This document shows, in pieces, positions 1-8,540 of a stretch of 64,000 bases of DNA; within the stretch, counting starts at the first letter, position 1, and each line of letters opens with the position of its first letter. Source of the stretch: Escherichia phage vB_EcoS_FFH_1; the sequence record KJ190157; one strand, 5' to 3'. Made by a program: the position numbers and the translations under genes. Below the pieces are notes generated by a model. That model saw only the letters and a program-made list of their open reading frames with translations, had not been told where the DNA came from and did no database searches.

Positions 1-322
1 TAACTGCTTTCTCGTAATCTTTCATGGCCATGCCATTACGAGGGAACAATTCTGCTCCAGCATTGAAACTCAGTGCTACTGGAACAGATTTGTGACCATA
101 ACCCTGTACATAGGTCACAAGGCGGGCTACAGAACGAGTGGCATTCTTAGCCTTCGGCTTTTGACGAATCGGAGCCGGATTATTCAGTGCTTGAGCAGCC
201 TGAGCATCAGTAGGGTGCTTGCGCAGGTGGCGTTCCAGACGAGCTTTGCGGTTAGCCTCAGTCTGCGGGAAAGTTTTAACTGTAGTAGCTGCTTGAGTTT
301 TTGCGTTTTTCTGCTTAGCCAT
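1..322 (-). CDS. hypothetical basic protein, N-terminal 107 codons only; CDS runs off the window start
   Basis: ATG at 322-320 (minus); frame stays open to position 1; translation begins MAKQKNAKTQAATTVKTF; codon usage strongly biased to ctg/cgt/gct/ccg, unlike the AT-rich neighbours. Confidence 0.45.
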   Translation of the reverse strand, partial: MAKQKNAKTQAATTVKTFPQTEANRKARLERHLRKHPTDAQAAQALNNPAPIRQKPKAKNATRSVARLVTYVQGYGHKSVPVALSFNAGAELFPRNGMAMKDYEKAV

Positions 323-405
323 TATTTGTTTTCCTTTTTGTTTATCAATTTATGAAGTATATTATACAAGAATTTGAAGCGTTTAGCAAATGAATTTTTT
401 AAAAA

Positions 406-684
406 TTATCTACCAACCATCTTGGCTTGTTCTGCATCGGAAACATATTGATACGCTCCTTTATTATACGCTGGAGCAGTACACATTTTCTTACGCTCAA
501 TCTCTTCTTGAGCTTTTCTTTCGCGTTCAGCTAATTCTTCATCCAGATAAACTAAACGTTGTTCTGGAGGAGGTGGAAGACGTGTTTCTGGCTCACCAAT
601 ATTAGCCTTTCTTATTTGACGAGGTGATTGTGCACGTTTTCTCAACGGTTTAAATCCTAATGAATTTGAGTTATAAATTCGCAT
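406..684 (-). CDS. hypothetical protein (92 aa), Arg/Pro-rich with charged helical C-terminal part
   Basis: ORF preceded on minus strand by TTGCTT-N17-TATAAT promoter and GAGGAG Shine-Dalgarno; overlapping plus-strand ORF 390..605 has no such signals. Confidence 0.45.
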   Translation of the reverse strand: MRIYNSNSLGFKPLRKRAQSPRQIRKANIGEPETRLPPPPEQRLVYLDEELAERERKAQEEIERKKMCTAPAYNKGAYQYVSDAEQAKMVGR

Positions 685-711
685 AAAGCCCTCCTCACTT
701 TCAATACGAAT

Positions 712-740
712 ATTATACTAAATTAGAGGGCTTTAAGCAA
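712..740 (-). promoter_or_regulatory. sigma70-type promoter (TTGCTT-N17-TATAAT) for the 406..684 gene
   Basis: minus-strand -35 at 740-735, -10 at 717-712, 17-nt spacer. Confidence 0.5.
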
Positions 741-760
741 GAAGATTTTTAATTTATTTA

Positions 761-1237
761 TCACATCTCGGCAAGTTCTTGCTCAGTAATAACTGTGTTA
801 CACAATGCATCTACAGCTTCATTACCACTAATACCAGAATGTCCTTTAACCTTAATAAAGGTAGGATTAGTATTATGAAAGTTGATATACTGCTGTGTTA
901 ATTTAAATGCTTCCTGCCAAAGTTCTAGATTAAGAGGAACTTCACCATCTGCTTTCTTCCAGCCTTTCCTTTGCCAAGAAAACATCCAACTTTCCATACC
1001 ATTTTTGCAATAAGCAGAGTCAGTATAGATAGCAATTGGTCTATTATCTTTTTTAACAGACCAACGTAGAGCTTCTACAATAGCTGTGAGTTCCATCTCA
1101 TTATTTGTAGTTTTAGGATTATAACCAGATTTAGAACCTAAACGATCGTCGTTATCATCATAGACAATAAAACCCCAAGCACCTGGACCTGGGTTAGACT
1201 TACAAGCACCATCTGTGTAAATGTGGAAAACCGACAT
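761..1237 (-). CDS. rnh: ribonuclease H (RNase HI family)
   Basis: MSVFHIYTDGACKSNPGPGAWG N-terminus typical of RNase HI; start ATG overlaps upstream stop as TAATG with GGAGG SD; the ORF-track start at 1249 lies inside the upstream gene. Confidence 0.85.
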   Translation of the reverse strand: MSVFHIYTDGACKSNPGPGAWGFIVYDDNDDRLGSKSGYNPKTTNNEMELTAIVEALRWSVKKDNRPIAIYTDSAYCKNGMESWMFSWQRKGWKKADGEVPLNLELWQEAFKLTQQYINFHNTNPTFIKVKGHSGISGNEAVDALCNTVITEQELAEM

Positions 1238-1518
1238 TATACCTCCCAACTAATTTTAAGACCCATGTCTACAAAGGCGGCTTCTCGGTAGTATTGTGAG
1301 AGATGATACCCCTTATCCGATAAGGTTTTTAGTACCGATTTAGCTGCTCCTGGCATTTCTCTAGGATTATATAGCCACCTAGCGTAAGGATTATCTCGAA
1401 TAATTACTTCTGTATTTCCAGACTTAGCAGCTTCTACAATCTTTTCTTCTATAAACTTTAGAAATGCGGGTACTTCTGTTAATCCTGCAAGTTCTTGGGC
1501 TTCTTTGGCTGAAATCAT
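1237..1518 (-). CDS. hypothetical protein (93 aa)
   Basis: ORF with own promoter (plus coords 1544..1572) and GGAGG SD; translationally coupled to rnh. Confidence 0.5.
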   Translation of the reverse strand: MISAKEAQELAGLTEVPAFLKFIEEKIVEAAKSGNTEVIIRDNPYARWLYNPREMPGAAKSVLKTLSDKGYHLSQYYREAAFVDMGLKISWEV

Positions 1519-1543
1519 TGTATACCTCCAATTTATAAAATAT

Positions 1544-1572
1544 ATTATATTTAAATTTCACTAAATAAGCAA
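1544..1572 (-). promoter_or_regulatory. early promoter TTGCTT-N17-TATAAT with downstream ATAAATTGGAGG box
   Basis: minus-strand -35 at 1572-1567, -10 at 1549-1544; just downstream of thyA terminator. Confidence 0.55.
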
Positions 1573-1580
1573 ATGAAATT

Positions 1581-1608
1581 TAAATATAATAGCCCCCGAA
1601 AGGGCTAT
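1581..1608 (-). terminator. intrinsic terminator after thyA
   Basis: hairpin TAGCCC-CCGAAA-GGGCTA (1590-1607) followed on minus strand by U-rich tract. Confidence 0.55.
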
Positions 1609-1613
1609 TTGAG

Positions 1614-2453
1614 TTAAGAAGACATCTTAGCTTTAAGAGCTGGGTGAGGATCGTACCCCTCTAAATGGAATGACCAAGCTGCCGTATTATTTTCTAGTAA
1701 GTCGTAAAGATCTACAAACTCTGGCATTACTAGAGTTGGTAAAGGACGAGGTTTACGTTTTACCTGTTCTTCTACCTGTTCCATGTGGTCATTATAGATA
1801 TGAGTATCACCGCCACTAAAGATAAGATAACGAGGTTTTAATCCTGTCAGTTTTGCTAATATATGCGTTAATAAAGCATAACTAGCAATATTGAAAGGTA
1901 AACCGAGGAAACAATCCACAGAGCGTTGTGTCCATTTAAGATCTAGGTATCCATCGTTACTTACATAGCACTGGAAGCCGTAGTGACAGGGTGGTAATGC
2001 CATTTTATCAAGTTCAGCTACGTTCCATGCAGAAACTAGATGTCTGCGGCCATGAGGATTATTCTTGAGTCCTTCAATAAGTTCTAGAATCTGATCTCGC
2101 CCACCAAAGTTGCGCCACTGTTTACCATATACTGGTCCTAGATTACCCTTATCATACCCCATACTTATAGCTTGGTCTTCATAATTTGGAGTCCAGATGG
2201 TCCACTGTCCTTCGTCACGACCAAATGTGAATACACGTAGATCATGGAGATTTGTGGAACCAGACAAGAACCATAAGAGTTCTCCTACTACGGATTTCCA
2301 AGCTAGACGTTTGGTAGTTACAGCCGGGAACCCTTCACGTAGGTCGAACTTAGCATAGGAATCAAAAATTGAAACTGTGCCTGTTCCTGTACGGTCATTA
2401 CGGGGTTCACCTAGTAAAATTACATCTGTCAAAATTTTTAAGTATTGTTGCAT
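1614..2453 (-). CDS. thyA: thymidylate synthase
   Basis: 279 aa; conserved LPPCHYGFQCYV active-site Cys-His motif and RNDRTGTGT N-terminal region. Confidence 0.9.
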   Translation of the reverse strand: MQQYLKILTDVILLGEPRNDRTGTGTVSIFDSYAKFDLREGFPAVTTKRLAWKSVVGELLWFLSGSTNLHDLRVFTFGRDEGQWTIWTPNYEDQAISMGYDKGNLGPVYGKQWRNFGGRDQILELIEGLKNNPHGRRHLVSAWNVAELDKMALPPCHYGFQCYVSNDGYLDLKWTQRSVDCFLGLPFNIASYALLTHILAKLTGLKPRYLIFSGGDTHIYNDHMEQVEEQVKRKPRPLPTLVMPEFVDLYDLLENNTAAWSFHLEGYDPHPALKAKMSS

Positions 2454-2986
2454 TAATAAGTAACCAATTCCTGTACAAATCGCAGGCTGTTATCACTGTT
2501 TGCGCCAACTGCATAGACTAATCGAGTGGATTCATAGTTATAATCCAGTATCATACTATCTAGGTGTATATCTGCCTCTAGCTTCTGTTCGCTAAAGATT
2601 GTAGATACAAAAGCACTTTCAATATGCCCATGTTGGTACATTTCTAGAAGAAGATTAGCTCCACCTAGAACTACTGTTTGCTGATCTTTTAGAAAAGTAG
2701 GTAATGTATCACCTATCATTGATATGGGAGTGTAAATATCATGTGTAATATCATCTGGCAGTGGACGATCAGCACGAATAAATAGGTCAGAAGCTCCAAT
2801 CATACGTTCCCTAACGGCGTATGGAAGAGCTAAATAAGTACCAGCACCAATGATGATGTTATCTGGATTCAACACGTCCAGTTGAGAATAGAAAGCATTC
2901 AGTTCTTCTTTGAAAGAGCCCCAAGGGAGCTTACCTCGGAGGCCGAACTCCCCATTCGGCCCAACTGCGTACATTGCTGTAATCAT
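2453..2986 (-). CDS. frd: dihydrofolate reductase
   Basis: 177 aa; MITAMYAVGPNGEFG N-terminus typical of DHFR; ATGA overlap with nrdB upstream and overlapping start/stop with thyA downstream (frd-td arrangement as in T4). Confidence 0.8.
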   Translation of the reverse strand: MITAMYAVGPNGEFGLRGKLPWGSFKEELNAFYSQLDVLNPDNIIIGAGTYLALPYAVRERMIGASDLFIRADRPLPDDITHDIYTPISMIGDTLPTFLKDQQTVVLGGANLLLEMYQHGHIESAFVSTIFSEQKLEADIHLDSMILDYNYESTRLVYAVGANSDNSLRFVQELVTY

Positions 2987-4128
2987 AAGAAATCTCCAAA
3001 TTCATTACCCAGATCTTTCAGAGTATCAGTAGAGGTCTCAGTTACCTGACCTACACGGTAGGCTGCACCAATCTGGATTTCTTGTGGAGCAGGCTGTAGA
3101 GAAGTAGTATCCAACCAGTTCATAATCCACGGAATAGGGTTTTTAGTGATTACTGGTAAGTGACTAGGCCATTCTACACCAATGTGCATAAATGCATTAC
3201 GCCCTACAAAGTACAAGTATTCTTCTAGAAGTTCTGCATTCAAACCAATCAGACTACGACCTTTGAAAATGAAATGACCCCATTCAATTTCAGTTTTCAG
3301 AGTTTTCAGGAGCTGTGCTGGTGCTTTAGCCACTGCTTCGTCTACCAGATCTTTGTCAAACTGCTGGAACATAATCTGGATGATTGCTTTGGACATCTGA
3401 GTGTGCAGAGCTTCATCTTTAGCGATTAATTGCAGATTTTTAGCAATACCTTGCAGAATATCGTTCTCTGCTAATGCAAAGGTACATGCAAAGGATGCGT
3501 AGAACTGCATTGCTTCCAGACCGTAGATTGCAAAATAAGCATCTAACAGTTTAGCCTGAGTTTCACGCTTAACTTCAGGGAACTCCGTTTCTGGGTATGT
3601 ATTGTCACCACGATGATCACGTACTGCGATGAAATACTGACCTAACTGGTACAGTTCATCGAATAGTTCAACAGAATCAGCGATGCGTGCGAATGCTTCT
3701 TGGTTTTTGGTTACAGAATCAATAAATTCTGCTGGATCAGTTAGCACATTACGAATAATATTGCTATAAGCACGACTGTGCAGATCTTCGAAGTAGCTCC
3801 ACTGCTTGAGCATACCTTCCAATTCTGGACGACTTACAAGCGGCATAATAGCTGCTTCAGGAGCACGACTGATGAAGGAATCTGTTTGAGTCTGCCATGC
3901 TAAGTTCAGGAGTGTAATTTCCTGAATTTCTCGTGGGAGATTAGGCCATTGTTTCTTATCTGCTTCCAGACTGATTTCAGTTTCAGTCCAAAATTGAGAG
4001 CGTTGCAGAAGTGCCAGACGTTCTAGTTCTGGATGTGCTACACGTACATAATCTGCGATACCTAGAGAATCTCCCAGGAAAAGGTCAGCGTTAGTATGAT
4101 CCCAATTCAGGTTTAGTAAAGTAGTCAT
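2983..4128 (-). CDS. nrdB: class I ribonucleotide reductase beta subunit (R2)
   Basis: 381 aa; ferritin-like R2 motifs (EAMQFYASFACTFALAEND); own TTGCTA-N17-TATAAT promoter and AGAGGA SD upstream. Confidence 0.9.
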   Translation of the reverse strand: MTTLLNLNWDHTNADLFLGDSLGIADYVRVAHPELERLALLQRSQFWTETEISLEADKKQWPNLPREIQEITLLNLAWQTQTDSFISRAPEAAIMPLVSRPELEGMLKQWSYFEDLHSRAYSNIIRNVLTDPAEFIDSVTKNQEAFARIADSVELFDELYQLGQYFIAVRDHRGDNTYPETEFPEVKRETQAKLLDAYFAIYGLEAMQFYASFACTFALAENDILQGIAKNLQLIAKDEALHTQMSKAIIQIMFQQFDKDLVDEAVAKAPAQLLKTLKTEIEWGHFIFKGRSLIGLNAELLEEYLYFVGRNAFMHIGVEWPSHLPVITKNPIPWIMNWLDTTSLQPAPQEIQIGAAYRVGQVTETSTDTLKDLGNEFGDFL

Positions 4129-4159
4129 TGATTTTCCTCTTTCTCACTATTTCAGGAAT

Positions 4160-4188
4160 ATTATAGCAAATCTGGTAGCGATTAGCAA
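4160..4188 (-). promoter_or_regulatory. sigma70-type promoter TTGCTA-N17-TATAAT for nrdB
   Basis: minus-strand -35 at 4188-4183, -10 at 4165-4160; lies at the 3' edge of the HNH gene. Confidence 0.55.
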
Positions 4189-4194
4189 ATAAAA

Positions 4195-4677
4195 TTATAA
4201 ACTATCAAGCTCCAATAGTTTAGCATCGCGCCATTCTATAGCATCCTCTAATTCTTTGAATGTTTTAGTATGTTTTACACCTTTTCTAGCAATCTGGACT
4301 TGGTAAGATCCGCTTGCTTTTTGGTGTATATTTTTAATACCTAACTTATTGTCTTTGTGCGCTCCGACATTCTTTCCATTGTTAAATCTATCAGATGCTA
4401 ATAAATTAATTGCTCTATTATCATGACGTATTCTGTTGTCATGGTCTACTTCTTTTGGAATGTATCCATGGGTGATATAGAATGCTAAGATATGTGCATA
4501 GTATTTTTTACCCCTTACTTGCATTACTATGTATCCTGAACATTTTTCTAGAGAACCTGCTTCTTTGTCAGCAAACTTAGTATTAAAGGATTTATCTTCT
4601 CTAGGTCTGTGGGTAAAGATTCCGGTTTCTGGATTATAGTCAAATAACTCAGCTATTTCTTTGTATTTTTCTTCCAT
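4195..4677 (-). CDS. free-standing HNH homing endonuclease with C-terminal AP2-like DNA-binding domain
   Basis: HNH_3-type motif VDHDNRIRHDNRAINL; C-terminal GSYQVQIARKGVKHTKTFKELEDAIEWRDAKL resembles AP2; sits between nrdA terminator and nrdB promoter. Confidence 0.75.
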   Translation of the reverse strand: MEEKYKEIAELFDYNPETGIFTHRPREDKSFNTKFADKEAGSLEKCSGYIVMQVRGKKYYAHILAFYITHGYIPKEVDHDNRIRHDNRAINLLASDRFNNGKNVGAHKDNKLGIKNIHQKASGSYQVQIARKGVKHTKTFKELEDAIEWRDAKLLELDSL

Positions 4678-4707
4678 AATCTAAAATTACAGCCGTTATA
4701 GGCCTAA

Positions 4708-4728
4708 TAAAAGGGGCTTTCGCCCCCT
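4708..4728 (-). terminator. intrinsic terminator after nrdA (hairpin usable on both strands)
   Basis: GGGGC-TTTC-GCCCC stem flanked by A4 and T-rich runs. Confidence 0.6.
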
Positions 4729-4734
4729 TATTTA

Positions 4735-7068
4735 TTATAATTGGCAACCACCTGATGCGCATCCAGCAGCAGCTTCCTCTCCTGCACCTCCACCGTTTGC
4801 GGTGTTGAAGTTAGCATAATAGAAAGTTTTCCACCCGTACTTAACAGCAGTCATGAAATCACGAACTACTACTGGGCCAGGAATAATTTCATTCTCAAAC
4901 TTGGTGTAGTCGTAGTACATATTAGTACTGATAGACTGGCTGAAGAATTTCTGCATAGTTGCTACCCATTTGATCCACTCGATACGATCTACATCATAAG
5001 CCAATTTATAGCTCATTAACGTTTCCCAATCGGTTGCACCTGGAGCAATTGCAATTACTTTATTTACTGCACTACCCTTGATAGATACAATCTTACGTGG
5101 TGGTTCGATAGAGTTAGTAACACCTAACAGAACAGAAGAACTTTCTCCCGGCATCTGAGCAGTCAGAACAGAGTTACGCATACCATATTTCAGAATATCT
5201 GCACGTAGAGACTCCCAATCCATTTCTAGACCTATGGATACCAGTTCATCAACAGTTTTCTTGTACGTGTCGATTACCAAAATTCCCTTAGATGGTTTAG
5301 TACGATCAAACCACTCACATGCACCCTGTTCTTTAGCTAGGCGTACAGAGGCTTTATGCAGGAAGTAAGACAGTTTTTCAGCCTCACGGTGAATCCAGTT
5401 ACGTGCTTCAATACCTTCATAAGCCAGACCTTCTGCGGCCATTGCACCTGCTGCGTTCATTAGGCCAATACCAACATTACGACGTTTCTTAGCCGTATAT
5501 TCCATAGTTGGGAACGGATAATCCTGAATTTCGATAATTGTATCAATGAATTTCAGAAGGATGTAGCAAGTTTTTTCCCACTCAGCCAGAGATTCCATGC
5601 GTCCAAGTACAACACCACCTAAGTTACACAGAGATACTTCACCAATATCCTCCGGCTTCATTTGATCAAGCTGCTCTTTTGTCTTATACAGCTCTGTGAT
5701 ATGATGGAACGGGCGTGTAGGCTGAGTAATCTCAACACAAAGGTTTGTCATACGGATCGGATCAAGGAAATTACCATGACGATTAGACTCCCCAATGTGA
5801 TGAGCATACATACGTCCTGTTTCCATTCGGATACGTAGCCAAGTATCTAGGATTTCTTTTGCAGAGACTTTAGGAGCTGCTGGAACTGTTTTTCCTTTGT
5901 GGTCGATCTTTGTAAGAGATGCCACACGTTTCTCCGCTGCCACATAGATTTCTTCAAATTTAGCCTCGTCATCACTATAAAACGCTTCATGAACTTCTGG
6001 AGCATAGAAGTATGACATTAGCGTAATATCTTCATTTTTCAGATAACGTTTTAACAAAAGATTGTTGAAGCTCAGAGAATAATCCATCTTATCGATTTTA
6101 TTCTCATCTGTAGCACGTTGTTGCTTAACCTGCATCAATTGAATGATTTCAGGGTCAAAGTATGGATAAGACACTGTAGCAGAACCACCACGAGTTTGCT
6201 GAGTATTGGCCTTTACTGAGCGGTCAATGTGTCGATAATATGGCAGTTTTCCGGAATGCGGGAATGCCCCATTTCGCACCGGATCAGCAATTGATCTGCT
6301 CTCAAGATGATACCCGATTCCCGCTCTGGCTGCGACCATTTTGAAGACGATGTGCTCGGCGGTGTCGATTGAATCCAACGTGTCAGTGGAATCCACGAGG
6401 CAGCAACTAGCAAATCCACGGTCACTAGAGCGCAGACCAACCAGTGGCGGCGTAGGAACGTTGATTTTGTGGAGCGACATTGCGTTGTAGAGGTCGATTG
6501 CATCTAGAATTGTCCAGTTAGGTTGAGATAACATCGCCATTGCCATACCCATGTAGGCAAACTGCGGGGTTTCATAAATTTCACCAGTGGCTATGTTACG
6601 ACGGGAATACTTATCAAAGAACTGCTTCAGCCCACCACTAGTAAAAAGACGGTCACGATCATGGTCGATAACCTGATTCAGAGCTTCAAATTGCTCATCG
6701 GTAATCCATGCACTCATGTCTTCCCATGCACCTACGCTAACCATGTGGTCATGGAAGAAACGTAGAGAAGGTGGTTCGAAGGAGTCATAAAGGCGCTTAC
6801 GCATTTGCGCAAGACGTAATTCCTTTGCTGGCACATCGTATGCTGGGTTATCTTTGATAAGACTTTCAGCAGCTTTAATTAATGCGTCCATCAGAGTGTC
6901 GGAATCTACAACCCCTTTAGGTAGAGTTTTTTGAGCAGCCATAGTAATGGCTGACCAACTTACATCAACTGTTTTGCAACCATACTCTGCCCAACCATTG
7001 AGTTTTTCAGGAGCAAAGTCTTCTACAGTACCGTCACGTTTAATTACTTTTTCAATGCGATGGCTCAT
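4735..7068 (-). CDS. nrdA: class I ribonucleotide reductase alpha subunit (R1)
   Basis: ATP-cone-like N-terminus (VIKRDGTVEDF), NLCVEIT active-site loop, C-terminal Cys pair CASGGCQL; start placed at internal ATG 7068 (AAGGAAA SD); the longest ORF extends to 7173. Confidence 0.88.
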   Translation of the reverse strand: MSHRIEKVIKRDGTVEDFAPEKLNGWAEYGCKTVDVSWSAITMAAQKTLPKGVVDSDTLMDALIKAAESLIKDNPAYDVPAKELRLAQMRKRLYDSFEPPSLRFFHDHMVSVGAWEDMSAWITDEQFEALNQVIDHDRDRLFTSGGLKQFFDKYSRRNIATGEIYETPQFAYMGMAMAMLSQPNWTILDAIDLYNAMSLHKINVPTPPLVGLRSSDRGFASCCLVDSTDTLDSIDTAEHIVFKMVAARAGIGYHLESRSIADPVRNGAFPHSGKLPYYRHIDRSVKANTQQTRGGSATVSYPYFDPEIIQLMQVKQQRATDENKIDKMDYSLSFNNLLLKRYLKNEDITLMSYFYAPEVHEAFYSDDEAKFEEIYVAAEKRVASLTKIDHKGKTVPAAPKVSAKEILDTWLRIRMETGRMYAHHIGESNRHGNFLDPIRMTNLCVEITQPTRPFHHITELYKTKEQLDQMKPEDIGEVSLCNLGGVVLGRMESLAEWEKTCYILLKFIDTIIEIQDYPFPTMEYTAKKRRNVGIGLMNAAGAMAAEGLAYEGIEARNWIHREAEKLSYFLHKASVRLAKEQGACEWFDRTKPSKGILVIDTYKKTVDELVSIGLEMDWESLRADILKYGMRNSVLTAQMPGESSSVLLGVTNSIEPPRKIVSIKGSAVNKVIAIAPGATDWETLMSYKLAYDVDRIEWIKWVATMQKFFSQSISTNMYYDYTKFENEIIPGPVVVRDFMTAVKYGWKTFYYANFNTANGGGAGEEAAAGCASGGCQL

Positions 7069-7106
7069 TTGGCTTTCCTTTTTATAGTTATCAGGATTTA
7101 AGGAAT

Positions 7107-7135
7107 ATTCTACTTTATTATCGGTCATTAGGCAA
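7107..7135 (-). promoter_or_regulatory. putative promoter TTGCCT-N17-TAGAAT for nrdA
   Basis: minus-strand hexamers with 17-nt spacer in the 7069..7209 intergenic region. Confidence 0.4.
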
Positions 7136-7209
7136 ATAAAATTTTCTGATAGAAAAGGCCCGAGTATTTTCATACCCAGGCCTGTATATTACCAGTCTAG
7201 CTTTTTAGC

Positions 7210-7431
7210 TTATTCAATTACTTTAGCTCTAGCTACTTCTTTTAATAGAATATCTATAGAGGTGCTCAGCTCATTATAATTGAATGGTTTATTTGGATTT
7301 GAGGTTACAATTTTCCACGCTAGGGTTGTCTTAGGACTTTCTTCCCCTTCCTTACGTGTAATCATATTAGCAGCACTCAGTGAAGTACGATGTATTTTAG
7401 TTTTACGGCTCAGATGAACGACGTTTCCCAT
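7210..7431 (-). CDS. hypothetical protein (~73 aa), translationally coupled to phoH
   Basis: ATG one nucleotide after phoH stop (TAATATG); longer ORF-track version (to 7500) would overlap phoH by 68 nt. Confidence 0.4.
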   Translation of the reverse strand: MGNVVHLSRKTKIHRTSLSAANMITRKEGEESPKTTLAWKIVTSNPNKPFNYNELSTSIDILLKEVARAKVIE

Positions 7432-7432
7432 A

Positions 7433-8194
7433 TTACACCTTCCCCATGTCTTTAAAAATGTCATAGAATGCTTTAGACTCAACAGAACGAACGTTATCAA
7501 TCAATTCGATCATTGAGAAGGGGGCATTTTCGTATTTCTCATAGACTTCCATAAGGAGTGCTAGACCTGAGTCACCTTTAATGTCTTTCTGAGCTATATC
7601 TCCGCAGATAATTAAACGGCAGTCTTGTCCTACACGGGTTAGGAGACAAATCATTGCCTCAACGGAAATATTCTGAGCTTCATCGACAATTACATAGGAG
7701 TTGTTGAAAGTTCTGCCACGAGCATGTTCGATAGCCAAAAATTTAATTTTCTGACGTTCGACATATCCTTTATATGCATGATCGCCGATGGCCCATTTCA
7801 TACCATCAGCTATTGGCTCCAACCAAGGCTCTAGCTTTTCCGCTAGATCACCAGGAAGCATACCAAGAGACTTACCTAGAGGTTCATTAGGACGTACGAG
7901 AATCACTTGCTCAATATCTGAGTGAATGTCTACTAGTTCCTGAGCTGCAAGAACGGACGGAATAAAGGTTTTACCAGTACCTGGCTCACCGATACCCACA
8001 GTCACTGTGTTGTTCTTGATCATATTGATATATGATTTTTGCTCGCGGTTTTTACCTACTAGGGATTTAGCAACTGGGTTAGCGTAATCATTAGAAAAAT
8101 CAGCCTGAATTACGTTATTCTCATATTTGTTGCCACGCTTTCTTGAACCATTGCGGTTCTCTCTTTTTTGACGTGCTTTTCCCATAAATAACAC
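7433..8194 (-). CDS. phoH: PhoH-like ATPase
   Basis: Walker A GEPGTGKTF and Walker B VIVDEAQN; 253 aa. Confidence 0.85.
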   Translation of the reverse strand: MLFMGKARQKRENRNGSRKRGNKYENNVIQADFSNDYANPVAKSLVGKNREQKSYINMIKNNTVTVGIGEPGTGKTFIPSVLAAQELVDIHSDIEQVILVRPNEPLGKSLGMLPGDLAEKLEPWLEPIADGMKWAIGDHAYKGYVERQKIKFLAIEHARGRTFNNSYVIVDEAQNISVEAMICLLTRVGQDCRLIICGDIAQKDIKGDSGLALLMEVYEKYENAPFSMIELIDNVRSVESKAFYDIFKDMGKV

Positions 8195-8261
8195 TCCTAT
8201 AGTGTACTTCGCTTCTAACAGAGGATCAACAAAGAGATCTTGTTTATCAACTTACAAATAT

Positions 8262-8290
8262 ATTATAACAAGGTTTACAGCAAAAAGCAA
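8262..8290 (-). promoter_or_regulatory. sigma70-type promoter TTGCTT-N17-TATAAT for phoH operon
   Basis: minus-strand -35 at 8290-8285, -10 at 8267-8262. Confidence 0.55.
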
Positions 8291-8482
8291 GTATAATTTT
8301 AAATAAACCTATGATATTGCTTTTAAGTAAAAAATTTACTTGCTTTTAACGTGAGATGTACGATACTAGATAATCATTTTATATCGCGTGCACGAGTGCG
8401 TGATTATACAATTTTTAATAGAGGTTGGCAAATAAAATTTTTTGACTCAGATCATGTTACAGAACTTTATAGTAAAATATTA

Positions 8483-8511
8483 TTGACATCCGCCCTCGAA
8501 TGAGTTATAAT
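8483..8511 (+). promoter_or_regulatory. consensus sigma70 promoter TTGACA-N17-TATAAT for nrdD
   Basis: perfect -35 (8483-8488) and -10 (8506-8511) hexamers, 17-nt spacer, ~30 nt upstream of SD. Confidence 0.65.
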
Positions 8512-8540
8512 AGTAGTCTTAGTTAGAGAAGGAGGGTGTA

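Noticed and set aside
390-605. 71-aa plus-strand ORF overlapping the 406..684 minus-strand ORF.
   Set aside because: No promoter or SD on the plus strand, whereas the minus-strand ORF has both.
6213-6503. 96-aa minus-strand ORF inside nrdA in another frame.
   Set aside because: Fully embedded in a well-supported conserved gene; no independent signals; typical overprinted spurious ORF.
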